From NCBI GenBank assembly GCA_044892525.1, contig CM097888.1:80972001-81036000 (forward strand): DNA of 64,000 bases, written 5' to 3'. This DNA comes from Schmidtea polychroa. Lineage: Eukaryota. The position numbers were made by a program, and so were the translations under genes. The first letter of the stretch is position 1. Each line of letters starts with the position of its first letter. This document shows positions 1-15,000 of the stretch, one piece after another. The notes below the pieces were generated by a model, which saw only the letters and a program-made list of their open reading frames with translations, ran no database searches and had not been told where the DNA came from.

Positions 1-316
1 CTAAACCAGGCAATGAGATATTTGTTTTCATTATAAGATACTGATTATAAATCTGAAATTCAAAAGAAATATTAAATTTATAAATAATTTTAAAAATCTA
101 ACGAAGTTTTTTTGTCATTTTCTCTACAAAAATTTTATCAGAAATCTTTTGCATTGTTTTTTTAATAAAGTGAAAATAATAATCGAAAATAATAATATGT
201 TGACACATTTAAATTTTAAAACGAAAAAGCCTCTTAAAAATTTAAGTTTTGAAACACACAGGTAAGTTTGTGTGTTCCTATACTATAACTTTATCGACTT
301 TTTTAGATTATAGAAA

Positions 317-678
317 TAGGGTTACCACCTTTTTCTCGACCGATATACGAACACTCAAACCAATTAAAAAAAATAATTGAAATAAAAAATCAATTTTATA
401 ATAAGTGTATCTATAATATTTATTTAAATATTAATATTAAATGTATAAAACTCGTTACAAAAACTTAACTTTAACTTTATTAACAAACAGGTAGTGGCAT
501 TAAGTTAACGCAAAACAATATTTTTAAGCTAAATTAATTTCTTTTTATTTTTTTACATGGAATTTAATTAATTGATACAATAACCAAACATTTTAACGTT
601 CGGTCTGGGTGCCAAACGAACTGTTAACGAACTGATTACCGAACTGTTCGTGCGAAAACCGAACGGGTGGTAAGCCTA
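317..678. mobile_element. hAT (Tip100-like) MITE
   Basis: TIRs TAGGGTTACCACC / GGTGGTAAGCCTA; perfect 8-bp TSD TATAGAAA; subterminal CGAACTG repeats. Confidence 0.85.
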
Positions 679-919
679 TATAGAAACTCTTTTATTTTGA
701 AATTAGGTGTGCATCTATACATTTCAGTTTATATCGTGTAATTTAACTGTTTATAGTTGATTCAATTTGAAAATAGTATATTTCCGCATTTTGGAAGTGT
801 CTGTTAAAAAACAGATTTCGCGAATATTTATCAAATGTGACTTCTCTAAATAAAAATTAAATATAATAAACTAATGAACTAAGTACAAGTAATTATTAAT
901 GGAATAAATGTAATCGTAC

Positions 920-3029
920 GTTATATCAGCGTTAGGATGTAAACCGAAAGCTTCAGGTGTATCTTTACCAGGCAGCTGCATTATGTGGCTCATGTATTCC
1001 TGTGTTGTTGGAAACAATGGAATATTGTAACCCGTGTAAAAATTGAATTCCGGTGTAAACATTTTTTCTTGAAAATAATTTCTGGTAATGGTTAACAAAA
1101 GAACCTTATCATAATCATCAGTGACTCGGCCCCCATACTGAATCTCAGAGATCATATATCTTACACATTTCCAGTCAATACCCTAAAAGTAGGAAATGTG
1201 TCGAGATAACATTTTCTAAAACTCAGAATCAAACTCACGCTTATTTTTTGAGCCTTCTTAAACTCGATTCCGTCTAAATGGTTTTGAATAAATTGGATAC
1301 TAGCATTGAAATCAGACTGATTATATTCATACGGAATATTCCAACCTAAAGGACCGAATTTTCTTCTTTCTTGAACAGTACAATGTAGAAACGCCAATCC
1401 AAATAGCATGATTTTCCAGTGAAATGTTACACAAGTATCCAAAAAGTCTTGAGTTACATCCGTGTATGTGCGCATCAGATTTGCTTTGATTCCTTCAGGG
1501 GGTTCATTTGTGAATTTGATTGAAATTTGTAAGAGATTAATTGAAAACTTCCTGTGTTCTTCCGTTGTTATCCACAAACGGTACTTCTCGTGTACATTCT
1601 CTGCTTCAATTATTTGCAAAAATAATTCCTCCACATAATCCAAACACAAATGACAATTTTGCAATAAAACCCATCCACCTTCTTGCATAAATTTGGAAAT
1701 AAGCTTTCTTGCATGAATTTCTTGGCCTTGGCCCATAGAAACTGCTTTACATGGAATGTGTTTCTTTTTCGCTAATTGCTCAATCAAAGGAGTCGCATCG
1801 GAACCCATGCTTAAGAGATTTATTAAGGTACTTCTGCAATCAGAATCCGCAAGTAATCTAAATACATAAAAACAATAATTACTTTAAATTAGCATAGGAA
1901 TTACTTTTCCATGTTTAGTAAAACTTCTTCGGCAAATGCTTCTCCGAGTGAATTACTGATATACTTTTTAGCTTGTGGGAGGGTTCTATCAGGACACCAT
2001 GAACGAACCATTAAAAGTCTTCTAAAAGTATCTAAGCTAGATTCATATCCACAAGGAATTGATTCATTTTCTGGGTTTTCTTTATCATACCATTGTTTCC
2101 AATTTCTCTCAGTTTGAATGACTTGTTCAATAATAGCAGAGAACTGATTCAATACGGAGAGAGCATTGAGGTTAAGCCATGTCAAATCTGTAATCCATTT
2201 GGCTGGTTTTGGTGGAACCGTTTTCAAATCTAAAACTGAACCTCCTTTAATTAAAACATCAAACTCTTCTTGACGGATGTTTTTCGACTGTATGTCTATT
2301 TTTAAAGCTAACATGAGAGTAAGAGTCATACGATCTTCCTTGTACATGCCTCTGACTGCAAACTTCCATAAGTCAAATGTCATGTACTCAATAATAATGC
2401 TTATCCGCCTATGAGTAATGGGAGATTTATCAGATTTATGCATTGATTGATCAAAAAGTGTTAAAAACTGCTTCAGACCTATTTGGTACATTTGATTGAC
2501 ATTTGACATTTCAGTAAATAGAAAATATAAGACTGATCCTCGAGTTGCTACTGGACGATATTCTTCACGAGCAGTGTTTATTTCTTTTTCAGTTTCAGTA
2601 GCTTGAGAAAGTTGTAAACTGACTTCTTGTGAAGTAACCTTCGTGGTGTTAAGTACATCTAACAATTCTTGATCATCAACTAAAGAACCTTGTGTATTTG
2701 CCAATCGTTCTAAAAGGCTGTCTTCAAGTTCTTGCATTCGTCTTTTATTGTTTGTCATGTTTTCAACGAGTTCTATTCGTGATTTCTCTAATTCCTATTA
2801 AGTTAATTTAATTTTTGTACGTTAAAATTATAACAGAAAACCTTACTTCTTTTTCAGTTTTAATAACCCGGCCTAACAATTGATCTTCCAAGCCTTTGAT
2901 AGTTACTGTAAAGTCTATTAAAGATGTTTTTGCATAAATTTCTGGAGTGTAATGAGGATTCGGAAGTTTGGTAGTAATGTAAAGCATAAATCCTTTCATA
3001 ACATCGACCTCTTTGTCTCCAACTTTAAC
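920..3029 (-). CDS. DNAH5: Dynein heavy chain exons 42-45: AAA5 end, buttress and AAA6
   Basis: [77 protein letters not shown]. Confidence 0.97.
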
Positions 3030-6000
3030 CTGTTTTAAGTATATGTCAATGATATATATATTGTTATCTTCAACATTTAACAGATTATTGATCAAGGGTT
3101 CTTAACCTTTTATAATTCAGTTCTCTTTTAAAAGTGAACTTACAGTTCCCACTTCACACATAGACTCAAAATAATAACAAATTAATGAATATTATTTTAT
3201 TTCATTTATAAAAACTAAAATTTACATCTTATATGTTATCCAATAATAAAAAAATAATATTTTCAATTTCAATAAATATTTTGGGTTATTGAGTTGGTGA
3301 TAAAATTAGAATTCTTACTCTGACTCCAAGCGTGTCTTTGATTGACCCACAAATAACAATTAACGCTGGAAACTTTATTGAATATCACAAATATTTTCAC
3401 AATGATACAATTGACTCAACAAGCTGACTATTATACCATGCTTATTACAACACTATAGTGAGGAATAGCACACTCGTATAACTTTGATTTGACAATTCTC
3501 TCACAATTGAGAAGTGTAATAATTGCTAATTTTAGCTGGTTGCTCTCTGTTTTGTGTTGGTTTAACTCGCCTAACTTTATTCTATTATCAACTGAATAAA
3601 GTCTTGCTTATTCTCTTTAATTCTGTTTTCGTTTTAGTTTCTCTGTTTCAACTTTATTCAAATATTTCTTCTAAATTGTTCTCTCAATGGTTTCTCCAAA
3701 CTGTTTGCTAATACAATTCTCCCACGTCTTCTTAATTTTATAATTCGTCCTCTCTATACTTTCCTCTCCTGCTTCTGGGTGTGCCACCTCCTTTTATACC
3801 TCGTTAATTTGTGGCACTCGAGATAATCAAGTGTTATTCCACTTCCTTTCTCCTGCCGTCCCGACTGTTTCATTTTTATTTCTGACAACTGTCAAGTTAT
3901 TTTTCCTTTTTTATGTTTAGCCCCCTTCTCCCAACAATTCTGTTATCACTGACAAGCTATCGAGATAAGAGTATTGTTGTTTTTCCTATTTTCCCAATTT
4001 TGAAATTCCTTTTTGTATTAATTTGTACTGACCTGGGTTTTTATTTTCATGTTTGATTTCTTTTGTTTCCTTCCTCTTCCTCATTTCTTTTTGCTTTCTT
4101 TTCTTTTCTGAGTTTCCATAGATCGTCCCGTGTGTTATGACGATATTCCCCCAAGTAATTTTATTTATTTGTTTATAATTTGTCATAATTCATAATTTTT
4201 TATAATTCCTCAACAAATATATTGAAAAAAGTAAAAAAAAATAGTTTTAAATTTTAAAATCTAAAAAATGTTACTTAAATTGAAATTAAGGTTTATTGGT
4301 TGAAATTTTAATTGTAAAGTTAGTTTTGTAAATTTTTAACTTTTTAACCAACTTTGAATACCTTATCATTAACCAGCACTCCATACATTTTCTATTTATG
4401 ATATTTTATGAATATTTTTTTTTCAAAACTTTTTCAAAATCTGTTTGAAAAAGCCTGTGCCGAAAATTCGAGAATATCTAAAAAATATATCGATAGAAAA
4501 TGAAAGTAAATCAAAGAGTTCATGGTGTTCATTGGTTCGAAAATGCATTCTTGAAATTAAACTGCGTACCCTAAGTATTCATTCCATCCATTTAATAGAT
4601 CTTATTATTTTCAAAAGTTTATTATTTATCAAAAATATTTAAACAAAAACGATCTTTTAACATTAAATATATATTGATCAAGAAAATAAACAATTCAATA
4701 TATAAACCTTGTATTATATTAATTATTTATATTTAATATTATATAAATTATATACACCAATGTTATATTTAATGTTACACTTAATATTCATGTTAAAAAT
4801 TAAATTAATTAAAAAATATTTTTTTAAATGGTTAACTAAAATATGGGGGTTAAATTAAAAGGATGAAAAATAATAAAATTTTATTAATTGAAAAATTGAT
4901 TATTATTATATAACTTTTTATTTATTTTCGGGGGTTAAATTAAAAGGATGATTATTATGGGGGTAAAATTAAAAGGTTGATCCGAAAATTTTTAATTTTA
5001 CTTGTTCTAAAAATATGGACAGTCAAATGTGATAAATTACAAAAATATTAATGATCATTTCGATTAAATTAAAACCATAAAAAGTATAATTATTACTTTG
5101 AGTCCAGTTCCCATTTTAATAAAGTTTTTTTCAAGAACTTGATCCAAAGCCGGATCCAATTCTTCATTAATATCTTCTATGAGCATAGGTCTTCCCAAAG
5201 ACAAAGCATCTTCCAAATGTTGCCTGAAGTATTTATGGTTCAAACTTGTTATCTATAATAAAAGTTTATAAAATATATTCTGAAAATGATGTCTAAATAA
5301 CTTGTAATTCTTTGGCCGCTTCTCTATTTTTAATCCAAATCTTACCTTGACCCTGTGGATCTATAAGCAATGGATATCTTGCTGCTGATGTAACAATTAT
5401 TCCATTTTGAATAGACAGTTCATCATTTGGTAGACCTTGTAAATTCCATTCACTAATCTATAAAGGTTAACATTTATTTCCAACTAATTGTATAGTTAAG
5501 TAACCGTAGGAGCGTCCGTCAGTAATTTTATCAAATCAAGTCCATGAGTTGATGGAATACTTTTTCTAACTACTTCCAAATTCCATGTCGTCATCAATTT
5601 AACTCGGAAATCCTGATTAAATGGCCCAGTATATGAAAGAAAAGCTGTACATAACAAAATATCTCCGACTAGTTTTTTTGTTTGATCTTTAAATAATTTG
5701 CTCTGTTCTGTCCATCTCACCTTTTCCCCCGAAAGACCATCAATTAACTGCTTTGCAGTATTCATTCGCCTTCTACAAGCTTCTGCATCATCGGCTAATT
5801 CCTGTTTCCTCTTCATAGCAGCTTCATACTGAGCTCTTACAATTGCAAGTAATTCTTCCTTTTCCATCAAAAGATTTTCGGCAGTTGCCAAATCATTGTT
5901 GGCACTGTTTAATTTTATTTCCTGTTTAGCTAAATTATCTTTTAACGGTAATACTTCCCTATTAACCCAATAAAACTTTTCCATTGCTCTAGTCCAACCT

Positions 6001-9000
6001 AATAAACCTGCAACGTTTCCACAAACCTTTTTCGCAGTTTCCAAATTATAGTCTTCCATATTTAGGTAAGGAGTCATTAAATCTACCATTTCTTCGTTAA
6101 TCGAATCCCGCTGAAAGTTCAAAAGATTGTTCAAAAATCCGGTATTAGCCATCAACTTTAACGATTCTCCCCAACTTGGTTTACAACATGGCCTCTCAGG
6201 ATCACGAACGACAATGTCCATACCTCTTTGGAAAAGCAGTAACACACAATCCATAATTCTCATAATTAAATGAGGGGGTTTTGCTAATTTTCTAACAGTT
6301 GAAATATCTGCTGGTTTTATTGTGTTTAAAGCTTCTTCGGCTTCAAGTAAAGCCGGCTTAGCTGCTTCTAGTTTTGCCTCTGCGATTGCTTTATCTTCAT
6401 TAATAGACATAACAATTTTAAGACACCGATCTTTCACTTTTTGAACTTTGTCTTTAACTCCTTGGGCTGCTGCTGTCTGTTGTGTAACAGTTTCTAATAC
6501 TTTTTCTGCTTCTTTGTTAGCAACTTCAAGTTCTTTTTCTTTCTCCGCCAATTCAATACTTAACTCCGCTATCGATTGTTGAGCTTCAATAAGTTTCTGT
6601 AGACCAGAATCCATTCTTCGAGCTAATTCAAGAATAAAATCTTTCTTCTCTACGTAAACCCTTTGATAACTTTGCAGAAACGAAAGATACGATTTAGGAG
6701 TGACGTGAGTAATTCTTCTGTACTTATCGAAATATTCACTGCATTTATTTGCGACATCATCATGAATAAAAGAAACACTGGAAATAATTCCAGTTTTAGT
6801 CGAGGCGTCACAAACCATATCGAAGTTTCCCAAATAATGTTCCGCAACAGCTAATAATGCATCTTTCGGCCATTTTTGAAACCAATCAGTAATACAGCCA
6901 GAAATCAGGCCAGGAAAATATAATGCCCGAGTTCGAAATTTTTGTCCAACTGGAGAGAAACACAAAACCACGTGGAGATTCTTTCGAACTCTACTGAAGA
7001 AATATTCGAGTAAATTTTCATTTGTCGGAGGTCTTTTTGGAAATTCTTTTTTCATGACTGGAACAAGCATCCCTGTCATTTCATCTATTTCGTCTTTTTG
7101 AAAAAGTCCTGAAACCTAAATTTTAAATAATAAATAATAATAATTAAAATATATATATAATTTATTAAAAAACTTGACTGTGAATTGTAAATCACTTGAA
7201 AAAAAGGCAGTGCCAAAAATTCGTGAATATAAAAATACATCGATATATTTACTGATTTATAGTCAAGTTTTTTAATAAATACAATGTCAATTGAAAAGAA
7301 ATCAGAGATGAAAATTGAAAAAAGTTCTTTTAATTTTATATATATATTATTAGTTTTTTAAATATTAAAATTTATTATCTTATTAATTTTTAGTTAAAAT
7401 TAATAAAACTATTTAAAATATTAATTATAATAAATTTGTAATATAAATTGTTCAATTATTATTCAGTAGAAAATTAATATAATATTTTTTATTACTGGTT
7501 AAATCATGGCCTGCTAGCGCTACAGCTCGCATCATTTGGATGGAAATATTTTCCAATTATTTTATACTGTAAAAAATAGATGATCTCTCAAACTGTGTCA
7601 TGCTGTCCCGGATTTCTACCTAAATCATTCAACCATAACAAAATACAGATATGCCCCAATTATTTTGAAAATAGTTATTGAATTAAATTCTAAAATGCGA
7701 GTCAGAAAAACAGTTCAAATAACCGTTTAATTTGATATGGATAATAAATTAAATTAAATTAAATTAAAAATTAATTAAATCATAAAATTACCACGCCCGA
7801 TGATAAAATATTGTTCATATATTCCAAAAAGCCTTCATCCTTAATGTCATTGTCAGTAAATATAAACGTTGTTCCCTTTCCTTCTTGACCTGCCGACCGA
7901 TACAGGGTTTTTAAATCTTCTAATAGATTTGAGACATTATAACTCCTGTAATTTAAAATCAGTAATTAAATATAAAATTCTAAAAAATTGTAAATTTTTG
8001 ATATTTTTGAAAAATTTATTTACAAACAAGGAATTTTAGAAAAAAAAGAATATTTTCAGTGAGATAATATATTTGGAATGAATCCTGTTGTTGAAGGTAA
8101 CTCTTAACATCTTTATCACCAAAGGTTTTGGTCAAAGTTAACCCCGAGGCCAAAGATGAATTATTAATAAATTTGATAAATAAAGTAGAAACAATATTAT
8201 TGATACTTTTTCATGTCATTTTTTATCTTTATTCTAAACAAATAAGTTTATTTTGTCCCCTCTACATGGCTGATGTGATTCAAGAAATTATTTTTCCGAG
8301 AAGCCATGTCAGTCATAAGTATGACAATCATATTTTAAACTTTCAAATGTTGTAGATTACTTTTACCACGAAGGACAGCAACAATGTGCAAAAAAGAAAA
8401 ATTGATCTGGATCATGATAATCAAGTTGATGACGTTCAGCGGTGTCACTAAGCAACAATTGTTTTCATGAGCTGAGCAAATGGTCGGACATATTTCTGCC
8501 GTATGTTGGTTGAGACCGGCTTGTTCGTTTGTAAAACAATGTCCACTCGAGTTTCTAAGACAATCTACTGTACAATCTGTGAAATCCAAATTTAAGACTG
8601 GCGATTGAGTCTATATAAAGCCTGGAGGATCTCGATGTTTTAGGCCATGGAAACTTGGAAATTGACCGGTGTAAACTCTGAAACATCAATAACCGTAGAT
8701 GGGATAAATCAAAATGTATCTGACATCAGATTGGTCTCGGAGAATGTGAAAGAAGACAGAGTGAACAGTAATTCTTTTGAGGAAAGCAAAAACGAGAGCA
8801 AATGTGAGTTCTCACCTTGAGATCCAAGAAGCCATGATCTTGAGAGGCATGAATTTAGAAGGTCTGATTGAATTCAGAAATCTTCAAACTAGTTAGAGGA
8901 TTACGTACGAGCTTGAACTCTGGCGAAGGTGTAACTATTTAAAGAAGAATTTTGTTTAAATAAGCAGTTGAACAAAACGTCGTAGAACTAACTCTTGATG

Positions 9001-12000
9001 GAAAATAACACAATTTTTTTTCATGAAACACGAATTTGATTAATAAATAAATAAATGTTAAAATTTTTGATGTTGTTTAAAATTAATTTATTAATTAAAA
9101 TTTTTTTAAATTTAAGATATTTTTATGGACCCTCCATTATTTTTATATTTTTTACCCATTGCAAAATATTTTATTTTGTTTTAGATGTACTTTAATTTTT
9201 CTATTTATTTATTTTTAGTAAATTCAGACAGATTAGATTTAATATAGACAATGTGTAATCATTATATGGAAATAGAAACGATTTTAATATAAATATTTAC
9301 AATAATATTGAAAATTATTATATAACTTAATTTCGGATTTGTTTTTATCCATATTCTTTATAAAATAGAATCTTACTTAATTTATAAAATAAAATATTTA
9401 TTTTTAAAATTTAAATATGTGAAAAGATATTTTAATTTAAATAACTTAAATATTAATTTATTAATTTATTTTATAAAAAAAATTATTAATAATAATTGAA
9501 TGACTAATTTTATTTTATTTTTTAATTTAAATTAACAGATTTTATTGTTTATACTTTTTAATATAGAAATTTAAATTTTAGTTATAATTAAACTGAAGCA
9601 ATTATTTTTTAATTAAATTAAATTAATTAAATTAAAAAATTTAACGTAAATCGAAATTTCGTTAAGTGAATTTTCATTTTAATTATCGGTAATATAAACC
9701 AAGAATTCTGATTAAAAACGGTAATTTATAAATTAAAAAATCTAATCAATTCATATTATTGAAGAAAACATTCGTAATTCAAAAATAAAAATAATATGTA
9801 TGTATAAATAATTCAAGGAACATTAAACATTTAATTAATTATGTATATTCGTACGGTGTGATTTCCCTAATTAAATAAAAAACAAAATTTCGTAAATTGA
9901 ATTTTTTTCGAAATTACATTGTAGCGAAACTTTGTAAAAAGAGACTTTGTAGATCGAGGAATTTGTGTATTTTCAAATGTCTCGAAAAAAAACAAAACCT
10001 TTCTCTTTTGATCTCATAATTAATGCTGTTACATAGTTACACATGATTAAACATCTGAAAAAAGCATTAATGAAAGTTCCAAAAAGTCACAAATTAATAG
10101 TGACAATTGCTCCTTCTCAGCATTCTTGATCACCTTTTATAAAAAATTTCTTTTTTTTGTCCCACTCAGATATCTTCGTCTCATGATTCTTGAATATGAA
10201 TTATTTTAACCAAAATTAAAAAAGTTTGCATAAATTAAATGAACGAAAACTGTGTGTAAACAATTAAATTTAAAACGAGTTATTTTAGATAATGTTATTT
10301 AAGAAATGCAAACTAGTAAATTAATTAATTGAAATACACTAATCGATTTATTTGATAAAGAAAATTCCGAGTTTGGCAGGCATGGTCAAGCTGGCATAAA
10401 ATAAACTATTTGATATTTCGGCGTTTTGTTGCCTAGAAATTAAATTGAGAAAATGATTGATTAAAAGTGAGTCATGTATAAGGAGCGAAAATCTTAGACA
10501 AATTGTCATGATGTTCAAATATATTTCTTGCAACCATGTGTTAAAAAGTAGTGATTTAGTGGTGAGTGTACTAGAAAATTTTGAGAGAGGAATATTATTG
10601 TTTCATTATTGTGTCAGATTAGATTTGTATTAATTAATGAGTGATTTTCCATCGCTTGTCTTTAAAAATATTAAGTATAGTGGCATTGTTATTTAGACAA
10701 TTCAATACTTTTTTTATCATTGCATTGGATCTTGATGTTATTTGAATAATAGATGCTTTATCATTCATTTTACCGCTCATGCTATCAAATTAGTCAATTT
10801 ATATAGTAATAAGTCTTTGGAATTCAACTTGGTATTAAGATTACCAAATTCAAAGTCATTGTCAAAAGAATAAAGAGGCCACGAAAAAATTCGTCTAATC
10901 AAACTAAGTTGTGAGTAAAGTAGTTAAATAAAACCAGCACTATAGTCAACTCTACGATATTTTTCAGTAAACACGGACGCAAACTTATTAGGTTTTTGAG
11001 AAAAAGTAATTTGCGTAAAGGTGCTTGATTATCCATTTTAGGAATAATTAAATAAATAATAAAATATTTAGCATTCCTTGTTAGTGTAATTTGAAATGAC
11101 GAGTATCCGGCGATATGGGCCGCCAATCTAGTTAAAGATTGTTTTCCAGACCCACCGACACCAACTAAAAGAGCATTTCCTAAAGGTGTGCGAATAATTC
11201 TCGAGACTTTCACTAAATGTCCCATAGCATCATTAAAAAACACCAAATCCATTCCCGCTCCTCGAATGGACTCATTGTAATGATTCATAAACATTAATAA
11301 ACGGTTTTTCAAAGAGTCTAGTCCACTGATCTGGATTTCGTAAATGGATCAGTAAAGAATTAAAAATACGGTTAAATAAACATACAGGTTCATAGATTTT
11401 CGGTGGTGAAAAATCAAAATCTTCAGGCTCTTCTCCAGTTGGTTCAGGGGCATCTCTAAATAATAGATTTACTTAAAAATTAAATTTTTGAAAAATTCAA
11501 AGTTACCTCAAAAAATCTACAAAATAAGACGAATCTTCAATCGAATCTGCCAGATCAGAGGAAATTTCTTCAGATACCATTCTCTGTATTATTTTTATAA
11601 ACCACTGTTCGTCATCTAAACTGACAAAACGATCGGATATTACTCTCATACATTCATGTTTCCATAAAGCCAGCAAAATCTCCTTGTTGCCTATGACCTA
11701 TTTATGACAAAAAGATCAGCTAATGAATTTTCGTCATTTTACTAAACCCATTTACTACCAGCTTTTTGTTAAATTTTGTCGTATATGTTGGATATTTTTG
11801 TTTAGTGCACTTGTACAGTGCAGCAGACTGTCAAACAAAATATATATTAGAACAACATGAAGTGTTTATTTTCTCTGGATATTAATTTTGTTGCATAAAA
11901 TTAAATTTTAAATATTAAAAAAATAAAACATCCGAATTCCTATTTGCGGATTACGGAAGCTAATGGGTTAAATTCTTTTCAAATATAAAGTAAAAATATA

Positions 12001-15000
12001 AAATTGATCATAAATTTAAATAAAAATTAATTATAAAATTAAATTCTGCTAATTATATAATTTAAATATAAATTTATTTACAAAAAATAAATATTATCAG
12101 ATTTTATATTTAAAATTTTTTTTATTAACTTCGACAGCATTGAATAATGTGTCACGCAAATCTTTGGAGGGGTAATTAAATCACTTCCATCATCCGATCA
12201 AGATATAACTTACCAATTATACTAATTATCTATGACAGGGGTGGATCGTCGATCTCTCGCAATGTCTAGGAAAAATTCCGTTTACTACCGTGACTTTGAA
12301 GGGATTTTAGAAGACAAAGCTTTGTGCTAATAGTTGAATGCATTCTGCGAACTTACCAAGTTCATGAATACCTAGATTTCTTACAACCAGACACTGTTAT
12401 ATCCGCTCGCCCAGCACAATACATTTTGACTTAAATGTTACATTGTCACCGAACACAACGTGCGAACGCAAAAGTTACAACTCGACTCATCGAAGAACAC
12501 ATTCAGTTAGCTTGAATATTTGGTGGCCATAAGTAGCAGAGGCGTAGCCAGGGGTTCCTTAGGTACCCGGGCACCCCCCTCTTGATTGGTATTTAATAAA
12601 AGTTTTAACAGTTTTAATTTTGTTGAATTAAACATATTGTAAAAATAAATTCAACCAATAAAATTGATTTAATTGAATTGATCATTAATTAAAGGTAAGT
12701 AAATCTAATAAAATCATGTAAAATCATGTAAAGAATAACTTCTAGAAATAAATTCTAGAAATAAAGATGGATCTATTCTTAACTATTTTACGAAAAGTCT
12801 TGTAATAGTACATTTTTCCTAACGTTTTAAAGTTGCTTTCAATACTAGTAGCACTTCCGGTTACAAATTGTATGCTTGAAAGAAGTTTTAGTAAATTTAA
12901 TTTAATCAAAACTTTTGACCGTGCTACAATGACTGAGGATCGCTTAAATGGATTATTTTTATTAAATATTTATAAAGATGAGTCAATTGAGATCGAAGAA
13001 GTTTTGATTGAAATGTCAAAATTTGCCCGTAGAATCAAAATGAATGTATCAATTATGTAAAAGTTAAAATTTTTGAAATAAATGTGTAAATTTTAACAGT
13101 TTTTGTGGTTCAAAAAAATTTTTTTTGGGCACCCCCTCAAGAATTCCTGGCTACGCCCCTGATAAGTAGCTTAATTTTTTTTGTATTAACTGTGTCATTA
13201 ATAAGCAATATTATTTATCCTTGGTGACCACGTTGTATTTCAATTTTTTTTATTTCAAAAGAAAGTCATATTATTCTCTCGTGAAAAATTTTCTTGACCC
13301 AAAAAAACAAGAAAATGAAATATTGTAATCAAATTATTAGCCATACTGCATTTTTATATCAACTTTTTTATATTTACGAACAAATATTACAACAACTATA
13401 CATTGTAGTTGATAATAAAACTAAATTGCTCATACAAAGGGGAATGTGATGATTTTCATAAAAATACCAGTAATCACAAATATTAAAATCTCTAAAAAAC
13501 CTCAAATAACTAGATACATTAAGCTTTCTAATTCTTTTTACAGATTCTTTTTATCACATATAGTTACAAAGTCACAAGTATGTTTAATTGGACACAGCCT
13601 TTATGGAAACTCTATATCAGTGGTTCTCAACCCGTGTTCCGCGGATTACGCTTCCAGTGTTCCGCGAAAAAAATGACATTTTATCTTTAAATTTGCATTT
13701 TAGATACATATCATCAAAAACCTCAATTAATTTTTTTAAAAGATGATTCAATAAGAAAGCCGTTACACAGATATATAAACATACAAATATAAAAGTGTTT
13801 TTATTGCTTGTTATTGTTGCGCGTGGTATTTTCTTGGCTTATAAAAAGGCATTGTTTACGTTTACGACAGATTTATAGTAATTTGTGATTGGTCACTCAT
13901 TGTGGGAAAGTATTTTTTGTCAGTGTTTCGCGTAAAAAAATCATGTGAATGGTGTTCCGCGCTTTTATATTAATTGAGAACCACTGCTCTATATAATAAA
14001 GAAACAACATCGAAGACATAAACAATAAAAAACAATATTGAGGTCTTTGGTTTATGCACTCAGAATCATACTGAGAATGACAAGTAGGCGTATTATGTAA
14101 GTTCGTAGATTATTATTATTAGCTTATTTTATCTTTATGTAAAAATAAATCTTACATCTGCATAAGTGTTGATAATTCCTTGCCATATTCTACTCAAATC
14201 TCGTAAATTAAATACGTAATGGAATTTTGCTGGAGTCGGCAACATTTTAGTTTTAGTAACCTGCCATAAATTTCTTGTTAGGGGTATTAGTTTTTTAACG
14301 TATTCGATAACTTCTGAACTGAAACCTCTTACAGTGCAATAATGTCCCAAACCAATAACACTAAAAATTTTATCTATACTATTATTACTAGGAAGTGTAC
14401 AATTGAAAATGTTAAAATGTCTTTTCAATCTCTCAGGAATATCGTTTCGGCCGCCTCCAGGATGTATCATAGCTGATAAAAACTTAAAAATTATAGTTTA
14501 AGTTTATCAATATAGAAAAATAAATATCTTACCTGAACATCAACTATATTAGTAAATTCACCGGGTCTTTCTAGGCTATAAAACCCTTTCATTTCCATAG
14601 TTTGCCGGACAATCTCATTAGCAATTTGATCCCCCCATTCATTTATTAAAGGCATATTAATGTCATCGATAAATACTGACATCTTTTTTCCGGCCGGTGG
14701 ACCAAAAGTTGTTCCCACTCTTTTTTCTACGAAACTTTCGATAGTCCTCTACCATGGTAAATAAATAATAATAATTTTCATTAATAATTTAGAATATTTT
14801 TATACACCATAAAAAATGATAATTTAATAGAAATGACAACGATTTGAATAAAAATACGTAATTTCAAAATAATTTTTGCGGTATATTTTCTGTAATCTTC
14901 AATTTTCATGTAATGGTTGTAGTACCACATACATTGGAGACTCCCCAATATTTATTTATTGAAATCAAAGGACATTTTTGACTCAGTATTTATAAGTTTG

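Noticed and set aside
1-870. Next dynein exon (expected YQS...LDTIL.IQPK)
   Set aside because: Candidate acceptors near 40-55 give stops or unrelated sequence in the required phase; the gene must continue left of the window.
4843-4985. Three copies of GGGGGTTAAATTAAAAGGATGA
   Set aside because: Probably subterminal repeats of a TE fragment, but no ends could be defined; not telomeric.
10330-11040. Coding-like stretch that extends the exon-37 ORF into intron 37
   Set aside because: The translation ([11 protein letters not shown]...) has no dynein similarity; no convincing RT or transposase motif in any frame.
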